Below, one piece after another: positions 41,462 to 50,690 of a stretch of DNA of 64,000 nucleotides (its first letter is position 1; each line of letters starts with the position of its first letter). The position numbers were made by a program, and so were the translations under genes. The notes under the pieces are model-generated. The model saw nothing but the letters and a program-made list of their open reading frames with translations, made no database searches and had not been told where the DNA came from. The stretch is from a virus: IMG/VR virus record IMGVR_UViG_3300049595_004364, positions 3,322-67,321 of that record; one strand, written 5' to 3'.

Positions 41462-41501
41462 ACTATATACTATCCATAAAAGTAAGTCAAGAACTATTTT
41501 T
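41462..41501 (-). promoter_or_regulatory. Phage early promoter upstream of the ligase N-half
   Basis: AAAAATAGTTC-TTGACT-17-TATAGT. Confidence 0.85.
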
Positions 41502-41769
41502 ACTGATATATATTTTCTAATAGTTCACTAAAATGCTCTTGAATTGCGCCTTTACTTTCAGCTAAAGAAAGTATTTCTAGCATAGCTATAAATAACTCTC
41601 TTACATTATTTAGGTCTAGAGGGAAGGATACTCCCTCTTTTATGGGCACCCAATTTTCATCGAAATCTAAGATATATTTTCTTAGGTGAAAATATTCTTT
41701 TTCTCGAAAAACATTGACGCTAACCCTCCACTGGTACGTTTCATCTTCGTAGACTACCCTGTCATACAT
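41500..41769 (-). CDS. PC4/p15-like ssDNA-binding protein
   Basis: 'VSVNVFR..EYFHLRKY...W.P.KEGVS'. Confidence 0.85.
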   Translation of the reverse strand: MYDRVVYEDETYQWRVSVNVFREKEYFHLRKYILDFDENWVPIKEGVSFPLDLNNVRELFIAMLEILSLAESKGAIQEHFSELLENIYQ

Positions 41770-42028
41770 GCGCGTTTTTTAAGACGGCCGCAAGTGGGAC
41801 TATAGAAGTTATTAAATCTACTCTAATTAATCTAAACGTATCTGTGTCCCAAGAAAATGTTAATATAGTATTATCATCTTCTCTAGCATGGGTTCTTTTT
41901 TTAGCTATATAGCCACAAAAGTTTAAGGTTACGACGTTGTATTTTAACTTATTGGAGTTTTCTGCCCTATAAGTTACAATTGCGTCACCCGCTTCTTCTA
42001 TTTTTTTCCTTGCTTCTTCTTTATTCAT
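41762..42028 (-). CDS. Conserved T5-like SH3/Sm-fold protein
   Basis: 'GDAIVTYR...KYNV.TL.F...FSWDTDTFR'. Confidence 0.7.
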   Translation of the reverse strand: MNKEEARKKIEEAGDAIVTYRAENSNKLKYNVVTLNFCGYIAKKRTHAREDDNTILTFSWDTDTFRLIRVDLITSIVPLAAVLKNAHV

Positions 42029-42062
42029 AGTGCTCCCAACGAGTCAGTAAAAACTCTTTTAC

Positions 42063-43226
42063 TTATTCGTAGAAATACTCCGAACAGGTTTTGCTATCTA
42101 CACCTAGTAGATTTTCTGTAAAAATAGATTTGTGTACCCACCAATCCTCAAATATTCCGGTTTTATCAAATCCAACATTTGGTACGGTAAGAACATAGTC
42201 CTTACTCAATAAATTTCTGGACTTTTCCCTATACTCTCCACCTTCCTTGTAGGCGTCATGTTCAAAAGTTATAACCTTAAACTTTTTATTTTCCATAACT
42301 TTTTCTAGTATTGTATAGGAAATACTAGCAGGTTCGCAGTCTACTTGTAAGTAGTCATATTCTTTCTCTAATAGGCTATAATTAAAAAGAACTCCATCTG
42401 CGTGTATGGCTGGATTTTTTCTATGTAGTCTGAATTTGCTAATTTGTTTAGGATCGATATCTATAGAAATACCACTCCAACCAAAATCTTTCTCTAGTAA
42501 ATAAGTGTTATTAAACATAATAGGATCCGCAGAACCTATTTCTAAGTAAGTACCATACTTTTTACCATTTAAAGCAGTCAATACAAACATATCCTGCATT
42601 ACTTGACTATAATTAGTAATTTTTTCCGCCCCAGGAAATTTTCTTTTTAGGCTATTATATTTACTAGGTGTATACATATTTAAAGATCTTGGATACCCAA
42701 TGCTTCTTAAATTAGTATATGCTAAAGCAGTGTACCTTGGACTGTAATTACTTGTATAGATATCATACATAATTATTCTGGCGTCTTCAGTATAACCCAA
42801 CCACCAAGAAGCCGCACCTTTTTCAAACAGTATAGAGTGTATACCTTCATATTCACAGTCTATTTCGATTTGTTTAGTTGTAAATTTTGTTAGTTGAATT
42901 TCGCTCAAAAGATACGCTTCATGATATCTTCTTAAACTGTTTAGTATTCTCACTATATGAAAAAAAGCTTCATATCTTTCTGGCAGTATAGATGCCGCTT
43001 TGTATAGCAGGTCTAAAACAGTACCAATTCTATCTCCTTGTTTTTCAAAGCATAATGCGGCTTTTATTAAACATGTATAATCGTTTAAATTAGAATACTG
43101 CTTATTCGCTGCTTCTAGGTAAAATGAAATTGCTGCGGCATACTGTTGGTTAAGTCTATAAAACTCGGCTAAATTATACGCTGTTTTTGCGGATTTATTA
43201 TTTACATAATCAATTAAAGGTGACAT
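42063..43226 (-). CDS. TPR protein fused to a FkbM (Methyltransf_21)-like SAM methyltransferase
   Basis: N-terminal TPR-like helices; C-terminal 'YSQ..QD.FV...TYLEIGS...NNTYLLE...W.GISID...DYLQVD.E...EH...EDWWV'. Confidence 0.75.
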   Translation of the reverse strand: MSPLIDYVNNKSAKTAYNLAEFYRLNQQYAAAISFYLEAANKQYSNLNDYTCLIKAALCFEKQGDRIGTVLDLLYKAASILPERYEAFFHIVRILNSLRRYHEAYLLSEIQLTKFTTKQIEIDCEYEGIHSILFEKGAASWWLGYTEDARIIMYDIYTSNYSPRYTALAYTNLRSIGYPRSLNMYTPSKYNSLKRKFPGAEKITNYSQVMQDMFVLTALNGKKYGTYLEIGSADPIMFNNTYLLEKDFGWSGISIDIDPKQISKFRLHRKNPAIHADGVLFNYSLLEKEYDYLQVDCEPASISYTILEKVMENKKFKVITFEHDAYKEGGEYREKSRNLLSKDYVLTVPNVGFDKTGIFEDWWVHKSIFTENLLGVDSKTCSEYFYE

Positions 43227-44149
43227 AGCTGATCCAATTTATTAAAGGGAATTTTAAGTATATAAGCAGAATTATCCTGGTGCCCAAAACTAACTAGTAG
43301 TGACCTTTTATATAAAGCCGCACCAGTACAAAACTCTATTTCTCCCCCTAAGAAAGAAAAAGGTTCACCTATATACTCTATATCCCAGTTTTTATTCCAA
43401 ACTACAAAGCGGTGTAAATAAGTAGCATCCTTTTGCTTCATTTCGGTTTCATAAAGAGCTACTTCATGCATAATAGCTATGTAATGATCTTTATAAGGAA
43501 TTATGTGTGAGCTACCTCTTAGGTCTCTAGGAAGTTCCTTATAGTTATCTTTAAGAATAGTTGTTTTAGTTTTTTCTTCTACGTTTACGATTTCCGTGGG
43601 GTTTGTCCACTTAACAAAAGTATACGGTTGATCTAGTACTGGCACCCAATTTTTTTCACAATAAGAAGTATCGATCGGCGCCGGCAATCTGCGACGAGAA
43701 ATTTCTTTGAAATTCTCATCCAACTCTGATAGTTCCATACGCCCCTGCCCATTAGTTGTAGTATCGCGTCTTACTCCACAAAGATAAAGCTTGCCTTCCC
43801 ATCTAAAAAGTCTAGCATCTTCTAGCCCTATAAACTCCCACACAGGGGTGTGCAGTTCTAGCATTTTTACTTCTCTATGCTGGGCAATAGATAGATCGTC
43901 GTTTAGCTCCGCAATATAATTTACTGTTCTTAAAGTTCTATCACTTTCACCATGAATATACTGTAGAGGCCCATAAATATGGGGATATTTTCTAGAATGG
44001 TATATAGTGTATTTTACATGCCGTATATTGCAGAGTAATTTACCATTGTCATTATAAATAGAAGGGTTCATAACTCCACCATCTCTACCTTCCGGTAAGA
44101 TAAGTGGGGCTATAAACCCTCCTGTATTTAATACTTCTTTTACTAACAT
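43214..44149 (-). CDS. Five-bladed beta-propeller glycosidase/phosphorylase (GH130/GH43-like)
   Basis: 'NPSI', 'GLEDARLF', 'EKNW.P', 'RGSS', 'IEFC.G', 'SFG..D'. Confidence 0.75.
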   Translation of the reverse strand: MLVKEVLNTGGFIAPLILPEGRDGGVMNPSIYNDNGKLLCNIRHVKYTIYHSRKYPHIYGPLQYIHGESDRTLRTVNYIAELNDDLSIAQHREVKMLELHTPVWEFIGLEDARLFRWEGKLYLCGVRRDTTTNGQGRMELSELDENFKEISRRRLPAPIDTSYCEKNWVPVLDQPYTFVKWTNPTEIVNVEEKTKTTILKDNYKELPRDLRGSSHIIPYKDHYIAIMHEVALYETEMKQKDATYLHRFVVWNKNWDIEYIGEPFSFLGGEIEFCTGAALYKRSLLVSFGHQDNSAYILKIPFNKLDQLCHL

Positions 44150-44175
44150 TTTCTTTCCTTAATCAGGAGGGGTTA

Positions 44176-44200
44176 AGGTGGCGTTTTTTAAGCGCCACCT
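44176..44200 (-). terminator. Stem-loop between the fibre genes and the enzyme genes (no U-tract)
   Basis: AGGTGGCG / CGCCACCT inverted repeat. Confidence 0.45.
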
Positions 44201-44206
44201 ATATAA

Positions 44207-44380
44207 TTATTCTTCTTGAGTTACCTCTTTTAGTTTATGTATAGTTGCTAGTGTAGTTAACAGATCTCCTTCTAGTAAGATTACTTGTGGTAAATCTCCT
44301 ACAGAAATAGCGTGCTTTTTGGCTTCATTTAATGTTAATACTCTATTATTCATAATTACTAATAAATCGTCTAATTTCAT
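44207..44380 (-). CDS. Small helical protein (57 aa), possible fibre chaperone
   Basis: Not in the ORF track: MKLDDLLVIMNNRVLTLNEAKKHAISVGDLPQVILLEGDLLTTLATIHKLKEVTQEE. Confidence 0.6.
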   Translation of the reverse strand: MKLDDLLVIMNNRVLTLNEAKKHAISVGDLPQVILLEGDLLTTLATIHKLKEVTQEE

Positions 44381-44391
44381 ATAGCGCTTTC

Positions 44392-47300
44392 TTAGTAGAA
44401 AACTAGTTGCCTGAAGTTTTCTACAGCAGCTTTGCGGTTAACCCACAAGTATTTTAGTCCATCTTTAGTTTTAAACACTTCCATCATATTACCGATACCG
44501 GCGGTACCAGCAAGATATGGGAACACGCCAGCTCCTTGAATCATGAGGGTATTTAGATCTAAATAATATACCCGGTTTGTAACATCTCTTGTAAAATAGA
44601 TTCTGTCTAAACCATCATACGCATAAGAACTTCCTGTTGATAGTAATTCAAAGTTTGGTGTAATAGAAGTAAAATAAAATAAATCATCAGTTAGATCTAT
44701 TCTATCTACACCAATTGCAGTTGATCCCCTAAATCTATAAAGATTCCTGCCTCTATTTGCAGGAATTGTACTATTTGCGTTCCACCTTAAATGGCTACCT
44801 GTTCCTGGTACAATTGTAGGTAGGATTGAGTATGTAGAAACAGCAGTCAATGCTGCTACGGCAGTTGCAAAAGTTAAAGTTCCCGTTCCAGGAGTTACTG
44901 CTGTAATTGGTAAATCCTGATTAGCTCCCGTTGACGTAGTAATTCTTAAACGTCTACCAACAAGACTTTGAGCGCTCCAAGCGGTAAATGTTATTGTACC
45001 AGAAACAGCACCTGTGTGTGGTGTATCAACTGTAATAGTTGTTGTACCACCACCACTAACTACCCTTGCACCAAGAGCAATTCCTGTTCCTGAAACAAAC
45101 CAACCATTATGAATAGGGGATCCAATAGCACTTAATGTTATTGTTGTACCAGCACTAGCTCCTGTTCCAGTTGCTGTAGCCCAAAAACTATTAGTATCAA
45201 CAAGTGATGTGACAGCCTGAGTTCCTAGGGCTACTCCAGAGAGATAATTTAACCTTTGTCCAGCGTAGTGTTGTCCTATCATATCTCTTTTTGCTATGAC
45301 ATATCTGGTTACACCCGCTACTGCACCTGCTAAGGCACCAATGGGGGTCATTATAGACCCATTAGCGGTATTTTGTGCTACAAGTTGCATGTGAGTTCCT
45401 GCACCTAATAAACCTGTTGCTGCTGCTGCGGGGGCAGCCGCTTGTGCGTAAATCATGGCTGGAACTTGAGTCGGGGCATAGAATGTAATTGTGCCAGCAG
45501 GTGTTCCTGATGTGGCCGTAGAAAGTACAAGTGTATTTGTACCGGCACCACTAACTACAGTTGTTCCGTTGGCTATATTAGTACCTGAAACAGACCAGCC
45601 AGTAATATAAGTAGGGGTATTACCACTAAGTACAATTGTAGTACCAGTTCCAGAACTATAAGTAGCTGTAGTTGGAAGAGGCAAATTAGTTGGGTGACTT
45701 AATATAAGAGTACCTGCTACTGTACCAGAATTTTGAATAGATACGTTTGGAGTTGTTGTACCTTCTCCTCCAGTAATATAAGTACCTATACCAGTGTTTG
45801 TTGCTGATGCTAGCCAACCTTTACAGTAGCCAGGAATAGCCTGTGCACTAGTAAAAGTAAAAGTACCCGCACCGCCACCTGATGGGGTGCCTAACGACAC
45901 CGGTCTTGGGTACTTTGTGAATACAATAGTACCAGAGGGAGTTCCTGCTCCTGTTAAGTTAAATGTAAGTGTGGTTGTTCCGGCGCCACTTTGAACTTGA
46001 GCGCCTGCAGCAACGTTAGTTCCATAAGCATACCACCCATTAATATTTGATGGAGTAGCTCTGGTAAATGTAGCTGTTGTTGTAGAACCGCCTGTTGTAA
46101 GATCCGCAAAATGTTTTGAAGCATCTGGTAAAACAGAAACGCCAAGAGTTACGTTTTCAGAATATTGATATGTACCAGTTCCAGCAGCATTTGGGGTATA
46201 CGTAAATGTTGTAGTTGAAGGTACAGTAGCAATTTGAACTTTTCCTGTGACGTTATACACGTCAGCGGCGGCAGATGTTACTCCACGAATAGAAACCCAC
46301 TGTCCAACTTTTAACATATGCGGCTGAGCCGTTGTTGCTGTAATTGTTGTTGTACCTGCTAATCCAGTAATCGCAATAGGTTTTTGTTCTGATATAACAT
46401 GCGTTGCTGTAGAAGTTCCATCTGTTGGTAATGCACAGGCAACCTGTAAAGTACCTTCGTCTAAAATCCTACCATGAGATATAAGGTTACAATCAGCTGC
46501 ACGATATAAAAATGTTTCAGAATTATTACCTACTAGCGCTACCATGTCATCTGTGTAAGCTTGTATTACGTATATAGAGGTAGAGTCTGGTTGAATATTC
46601 CAAGTATCATACAAAACGATACTATCGGTTCCATTAGACATAATCTGTCTCATTTGACCATCGCCTGTTCCTGCTATGATACGAAGACCATAGTTAGCCC
46701 AGCGATTTACGTCCCATGTTTTTGTAGAATCACTAACTATTCTACCAACTGAAGATGTTAATGTACCGGCATCATAACCTATAATGCTATATCTACTAGT
46801 GCTATCTGGGGCAGTGCTTAAAGTACTCGCAAGAGTTAAAACTGTTCCTGTATTACTAGTAATAGCAGAAATTTGTGCTCTTCCTGTTCCGGTCCAGATA
46901 AACACATAATAACCAGCCCACTGATTAGTGGTCCAACTAGCTGTTGCGTCTGTAATAGTTGTTGTAGTTCCTGCTGTGGCTTTTCCTGTGTACCAAATTG
47001 AAGAATTTTCGGTAAATCTTTCTAGAGAAAGATCTGTTGCAACCACAGGAATACTACTATTGTTAATAGGTTTTGAGTACCAAACATCTTCAAGAACGCT
47101 ATAATATTGTAAGGTTATACCACCTAAAGCAACTGTTGCGCCCGACGCAAGCCAAATGCCACCAGATTGAATAACATAACGCGAAGTATTATCAGGAATA
47201 ACAGTCCAGGGGGTGTCTACTGTAACAGTATGTGCTTCGATTTGATACTGCGTGCCCGCTGCTAGTGCAACACCAAATCCTGCTGTACCCGCTGTCTGAG

Positions 47301-47934
47301 ACATGGGCATGGCATTTCCATCCCAAGCAAGAACAGCCGGGTCTGCAACTGTTAATACGGTGCTAGTATTATATAAAATTTTACGTGCAGAATTTAAACC
47401 TGTACCACCCGTAGTACGAGCAACATAGCCTATCCAGTTATTAACCGGCCAAGCTTTTGCCGCGTCAGTTAAGCTTACTGAACCCACGGCAGAAGCACCG
47501 CCCCAATCTGCTACAGTTGGATCTGAGACAGAAGTAATAATTCTTTCCTGTCCAGCTCCTCTGCCAGATATAATACGAATTCTAAATCCCACAGCAGCTC
47601 TGTTAGGAAGTCCTGTTGTAATTGTTGTTGATGTTCCACTAATCACACGACCATAATAACCTTGAGCACCTGCAAATTGCATTGATGACGCAGTAAGAGG
47701 TGTAATACCCGGGGATGCTAGCTGCTGATAAGAATCCGCAACAGTATCATAACGCCAAAAGTTAGTGGCGTTTAACAGTAGGTAGACAAATCTACCAGAA
47801 ATTTCATTGAAGTCTACATTGTCAGCATTGCAAACGCAGGATAAACCAGCAGTTGCTACCACAGGAAGGGGTCTTGTCCACTCCCAGACTGGCAAATCAA
47901 CTTGCTTAACTAATTGATTAGATACAAGTGCCAT
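44392..47934 (-). CDS. Large virion fibre/adhesin with Kelch-like ends and internal repeats
   Basis: 1180 aa, Thr/Gly-rich; 'W..N.W.GY...GTG.GQ...I.SNT...PD.TS.Y.I' and 'GW.(V/A).GT...G..V.SG.GT' repeats. Confidence 0.75.
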   Translation of the reverse strand: MALVSNQLVKQVDLPVWEWTRPLPVVATAGLSCVCNADNVDFNEISGRFVYLLLNATNFWRYDTVADSYQQLASPGITPLTASSMQFAGAQGYYGRVISGTSTTITTGLPNRAAVGFRIRIISGRGAGQERIITSVSDPTVADWGGASAVGSVSLTDAAKAWPVNNWIGYVARTTGGTGLNSARKILYNTSTVLTVADPAVLAWDGNAMPMSQTAGTAGFGVALAAGTQYQIEAHTVTVDTPWTVIPDNTSRYVIQSGGIWLASGATVALGGITLQYYSVLEDVWYSKPINNSSIPVVATDLSLERFTENSSIWYTGKATAGTTTTITDATASWTTNQWAGYYVFIWTGTGRAQISAITSNTGTVLTLASTLSTAPDSTSRYSIIGYDAGTLTSSVGRIVSDSTKTWDVNRWANYGLRIIAGTGDGQMRQIMSNGTDSIVLYDTWNIQPDSTSIYVIQAYTDDMVALVGNNSETFLYRAADCNLISHGRILDEGTLQVACALPTDGTSTATHVISEQKPIAITGLAGTTTITATTAQPHMLKVGQWVSIRGVTSAAADVYNVTGKVQIATVPSTTTFTYTPNAAGTGTYQYSENVTLGVSVLPDASKHFADLTTGGSTTTATFTRATPSNINGWYAYGTNVAAGAQVQSGAGTTTLTFNLTGAGTPSGTIVFTKYPRPVSLGTPSGGGAGTFTFTSAQAIPGYCKGWLASATNTGIGTYITGGEGTTTPNVSIQNSGTVAGTLILSHPTNLPLPTTATYSSGTGTTIVLSGNTPTYITGWSVSGTNIANGTTVVSGAGTNTLVLSTATSGTPAGTITFYAPTQVPAMIYAQAAAPAAAATGLLGAGTHMQLVAQNTANGSIMTPIGALAGAVAGVTRYVIAKRDMIGQHYAGQRLNYLSGVALGTQAVTSLVDTNSFWATATGTGASAGTTITLSAIGSPIHNGWFVSGTGIALGARVVSGGGTTTITVDTPHTGAVSGTITFTAWSAQSLVGRRLRITTSTGANQDLPITAVTPGTGTLTFATAVAALTAVSTYSILPTIVPGTGSHLRWNANSTIPANRGRNLYRFRGSTAIGVDRIDLTDDLFYFTSITPNFELLSTGSSYAYDGLDRIYFTRDVTNRVYYLDLNTLMIQGAGVFPYLAGTAGIGNMMEVFKTKDGLKYLWVNRKAAVENFRQLVFY

Positions 47935-47953
47935 TATTTATAATCTCCTAAAA

Positions 47954-48280
47954 CTAAGAAAAACTTAGCCATCTTCTTACGCCTGTGTTATAGGCTGCTC
48001 TTGCGGGATCGACAAACATTTGCTGATTCCATCCGTTTAATGCTGCAATGTTGGTTATGCTACTAACTGTACTAACTGTAGTAACTGTACTAACTGTAGT
48101 AACTGCGGCTAGTGTTGGCAACGTCTCTACAACAACCCTCTGTCTCTGGGCTGAATCAGTAGCTGCCTGAGACTCCATTAATTTTACTATTCTACGAAGT
48201 AGTAAATTTGATTCTTCCGTTGCCGGGTTAATTTTATTATTATCTACATCTACTAAATTGGTAGATTCAAAGTATGCCAT
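47954..48280 (-). CDS. Small virion protein with TTVSTV repeats
   Basis: 'NPATEE..LLLRRI' and 'VTTVSTVTTVSTV'; AGGA RBS. Confidence 0.65.
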   Translation of the reverse strand: MAYFESTNLVDVDNNKINPATEESNLLLRRIVKLMESQAATDSAQRQRVVVETLPTLAAVTTVSTVTTVSTVSSITNIAALNGWNQQMFVDPARAAYNTGVRRWLSFS

Positions 48281-48287
48281 GTTATCC

Positions 48288-50084
48288 TTAAAAAACTACC
48301 CATCTGGTAGCACTTGCTATTAGCCCTACTGCCGAGTGTTGATATTGCAAGACAAGACTATTTTCATTATTTATAGTTTCAACTCCTGTCCCAACTATGT
48401 TTATTTGCCCTAGTCCTACATTTTGTATATGAAATATTTTTCCTGTATTTGCAACAATTGTAGGTAGGGTAAGAGTAATATTGTTTGTAGCAAATATAAA
48501 TTCGTCGGACAAAGTTAAGGTATCATTGGTAGACACATTTCTAGTAGCCCCGGATCCACCACCGCCACCACCTCCACTACCCGTAGGGCCTATTGGTCCT
48601 TGAATACCCTGTATTCCAGCACCCGTAGCACCTTGAATACCGTCAAAGCCTTGTATACCTTGAATACCCTGACTTCCAGCGCCCGTAGCGCCTTGAATAC
48701 CCGTTCCAGTAGCACCCTGTGAGCCAGTAATACCCTGTATACCCTGAGTTCCAGCTCCCGTAGCGCCTTGTATACCTTGAGCTCCTTGAGAGCCAGTAGA
48801 ATTAATTAATACTGCAAGGTGAACATTATTAGCAAATCCTGTTGTTCCAACTCCCCCAGAAGAAAGTAAAGTAACAGGATATATAATATATGCGTTGGAG
48901 GTGTTGGCATTTACAACAGTTGGGTTACCAGTAAGTTGCCAACTTTGAAAATCAGCACTTTCAGTTATAGACTGTATTCTAAATTGACTACCTGTAACTA
49001 GAGCAGCTAAAATAAATTCTATATCAACGTTATCATGGCTAATATGAAATAAATTAATTTCTGTTGCACTAGTTTGAGTTGCGTTATTCCATAATAGGTG
49101 ACCAGAAGCAGGTTGGCCACTAGTATCTGTGGCATTAGCTCTATAGGTAAAAACAGAGGTAGATCCTCCTAGTACACCTTGAATACCCTGTATGCCTTGA
49201 GTTCCGGCTCCAGTAGCTCCTTGAGTTCCAGCCCCAGTAGTACCTTGAATACCTTGAGTTCCTGTGCCAGTAATACCTTGTATACCCTGAGTTCCGGCAC
49301 CCGTAGCGCCTTGAATACCATTGAAACCTTGAATACCATCAAAGCCTTGAATACCTTGTATTCCAGCACCCGTAGCACCTTGAATACCATCAAAGCCTTG
49401 TATACCTTGAGCACCTTGAATACCATCAAAGCCTTGTATACCTTGAGCACCTTGAATACCATCAAAACCTTGAGTACCTTGGGTACCCTGAATACCTTGA
49501 GTTCCAGCACCGATAGCGCCTTGGGTACCTAAAGCACCTTGAGACCCTGTAATACCCTGTATGCCTTGAGTTCCGGCGCCAGTAGCACCTTGAGTACCTT
49601 GAGTTCCTGTACCAGTAATACCTTGAGTACCTTGAGTCCCAACGCCAGTAGCGCCCTGAGCACCTAAAATACCTTGAGTACCTAAAGTACCTTGAGAACC
49701 AGTAATACCCTGTATACCCTGAGTACCTAAAGTACCTTGAGAACCAGTAATACCCTGCGTGCCTTGAGAACCAGTAATACCCTGTGTGCCTTGTGAGCCA
49801 GTGATACCCTGTGTGCCTTGTGAGCCAGTGATACCCTGTGTGCCTTGTGAGCCAGTGATACCCTGTGTGCCTTGTGGACCAATAATACCTTGAGCTCCGA
49901 CACTACCTTGAGTACCTAAAGCACCTTGGGACCCTGTAATACCTTGAGAGCCCATAGTACCCTGAGTACCTTGAGGCCCTGTAATACCCTGCGGGCCCGC
50001 TGGCCCGATAGGACCAGCTGCACCCGGTAATGTAAGCTCTAGCGTTACCGGAGGAGTTACATAAACTTGGACTACATCACCCAT
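48288..50084 (-). CDS. Collagen-like fibre protein (GTQ/GIQ/GSQ triplets)
   Basis: Two Gly-X-Y blocks; C-terminal 'ITLTLPT...GKIFHI.N...ETIN' fibre domain. Confidence 0.9.
   Translation of the reverse strand: MGDVVQVYVTPPVTLELTLPGAAGPIGPAGPQGITGPQGTQGTMGSQGITGSQGALGTQGSVGAQGIIGPQGTQGITGSQGTQGITGSQGTQGITGSQGTQGITGSQGTQGITGSQGTLGTQGIQGITGSQGTLGTQGILGAQGATGVGTQGTQGITGTGTQGTQGATGAGTQGIQGITGSQGALGTQGAIGAGTQGIQGTQGTQGFDGIQGAQGIQGFDGIQGAQGIQGFDGIQGATGAGIQGIQGFDGIQGFNGIQGATGAGTQGIQGITGTGTQGIQGTTGAGTQGATGAGTQGIQGIQGVLGGSTSVFTYRANATDTSGQPASGHLLWNNATQTSATEINLFHISHDNVDIEFILAALVTGSQFRIQSITESADFQSWQLTGNPTVVNANTSNAYIIYPVTLLSSGGVGTTGFANNVHLAVLINSTGSQGAQGIQGATGAGTQGIQGITGSQGATGTGIQGATGAGSQGIQGIQGFDGIQGATGAGIQGIQGPIGPTGSGGGGGGGSGATRNVSTNDTLTLSDEFIFATNNITLTLPTIVANTGKIFHIQNVGLGQINIVGTGVETINNENSLVLQYQHSAVGLIASATRWVVF
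49735..49875 (-). repeat. 27-bp tandem repeat encoding GSQGTQGIT
   Basis: ccctgtgtgccttgtgagccagtgata repeated exactly three times, plus degenerate copies. Confidence 0.9.
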
Positions 50085-50436
50085 GAGTTACCCTTGGTGT
50101 AAGAGAAATTCTTCCCTCCATAGCTCTTGTTATATCTCCCCCAACTTTAGTGACTAAAATATCAAAAAAATATGTTGTGGGCTCAATTGCTATTGTATCT
50201 GCTGGTAGTAAAGTAAAGCCAAAAATCCAAGTATCTTGTTCTAAAAAAGCTTTACCATTAGCTAACGTACAATCTATAGCGGGTACAGTTTCTTCAAATT
50301 GTTTACGTAACTGGGCTCGAATAGTGGCTCCAGAAAGGTTTATAGGATTATTACTACTGTCTAGATAACGCATCTTAATAGGATACGTTACGCCTTGAGG
50401 TATGATAAAATCCCTTTTAACTGGTTCGGCAATCAT
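50077..50436 (-). CDS. BppU-like fibre attachment/adaptor protein
   Basis: 'I.QG.T...D...PINLSG...AQLR...Y.FDI...TR..EG...TP.VT' pattern. Confidence 0.7.
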   Translation of the reverse strand: MIAEPVKRDFIIPQGVTYPIKMRYLDSSNNPINLSGATIRAQLRKQFEETVPAIDCTLANGKAFLEQDTWIFGFTLLPADTIAIEPTTYFFDILVTKVGGDITRAMEGRISLTPRVTHG

Positions 50437-50469
50437 GTTATCTCCAACGACGTATCTTAATACGCAATT

Positions 50470-50498
50470 AAGGCTGAAAGCTACCGCTTTCAGCCTTT
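50470..50498 (-). terminator. Strong hairpin downstream of the tRNA pair
   Basis: AAGGCTGAAAGC-tacc-GCTTTCAGCCTT, 12-bp stem. Confidence 0.6.
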
Positions 50499-50507
50499 TA
50501 AAAAATG

Positions 50508-50601
50508 TGGTGCCCCCGATAGGATTCGAACCTATGACGCTCTCTAATCTGGAGACGATGCTGGATATAAGCCAGGTGTTTTACCTCTAAACTACAGGGG
50601 C
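50508..50601 (-). tRNA. tRNA with anticodon UAU (nominally Ile) and an atypical long variable region
   Basis: GCCCCTG/CGGGGGC acceptor stem, D-arm GTTT/AAAC, CTGG-CTTATAT-CCAG, ATAGG-TTCGAAT-CCTAT, encoded CCA; 94 nt. Confidence 0.85.
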
Positions 50602-50602
50602 T

Positions 50603-50690
50603 TGGCGGTAGAGGTAGGATTCGAACCCACGGTACCGTTAGGTACATCTGTTTTCAAGACAGGAGCCTTAAACCACTCGGCCACTCTACC
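50603..50690 (-). tRNA. tRNA-Ser(UGA)
   Basis: GGTAGAG/CTCTACC acceptor stem, CTGT-CTTGAAA-ACAG, long V-arm, G73, CCA. Confidence 0.95.

Noticed and set aside
48580-50030. Short tandem repeats as a CRISPR or satellite
   Set aside because: Fully explained by Gly-X-Y collagen coding
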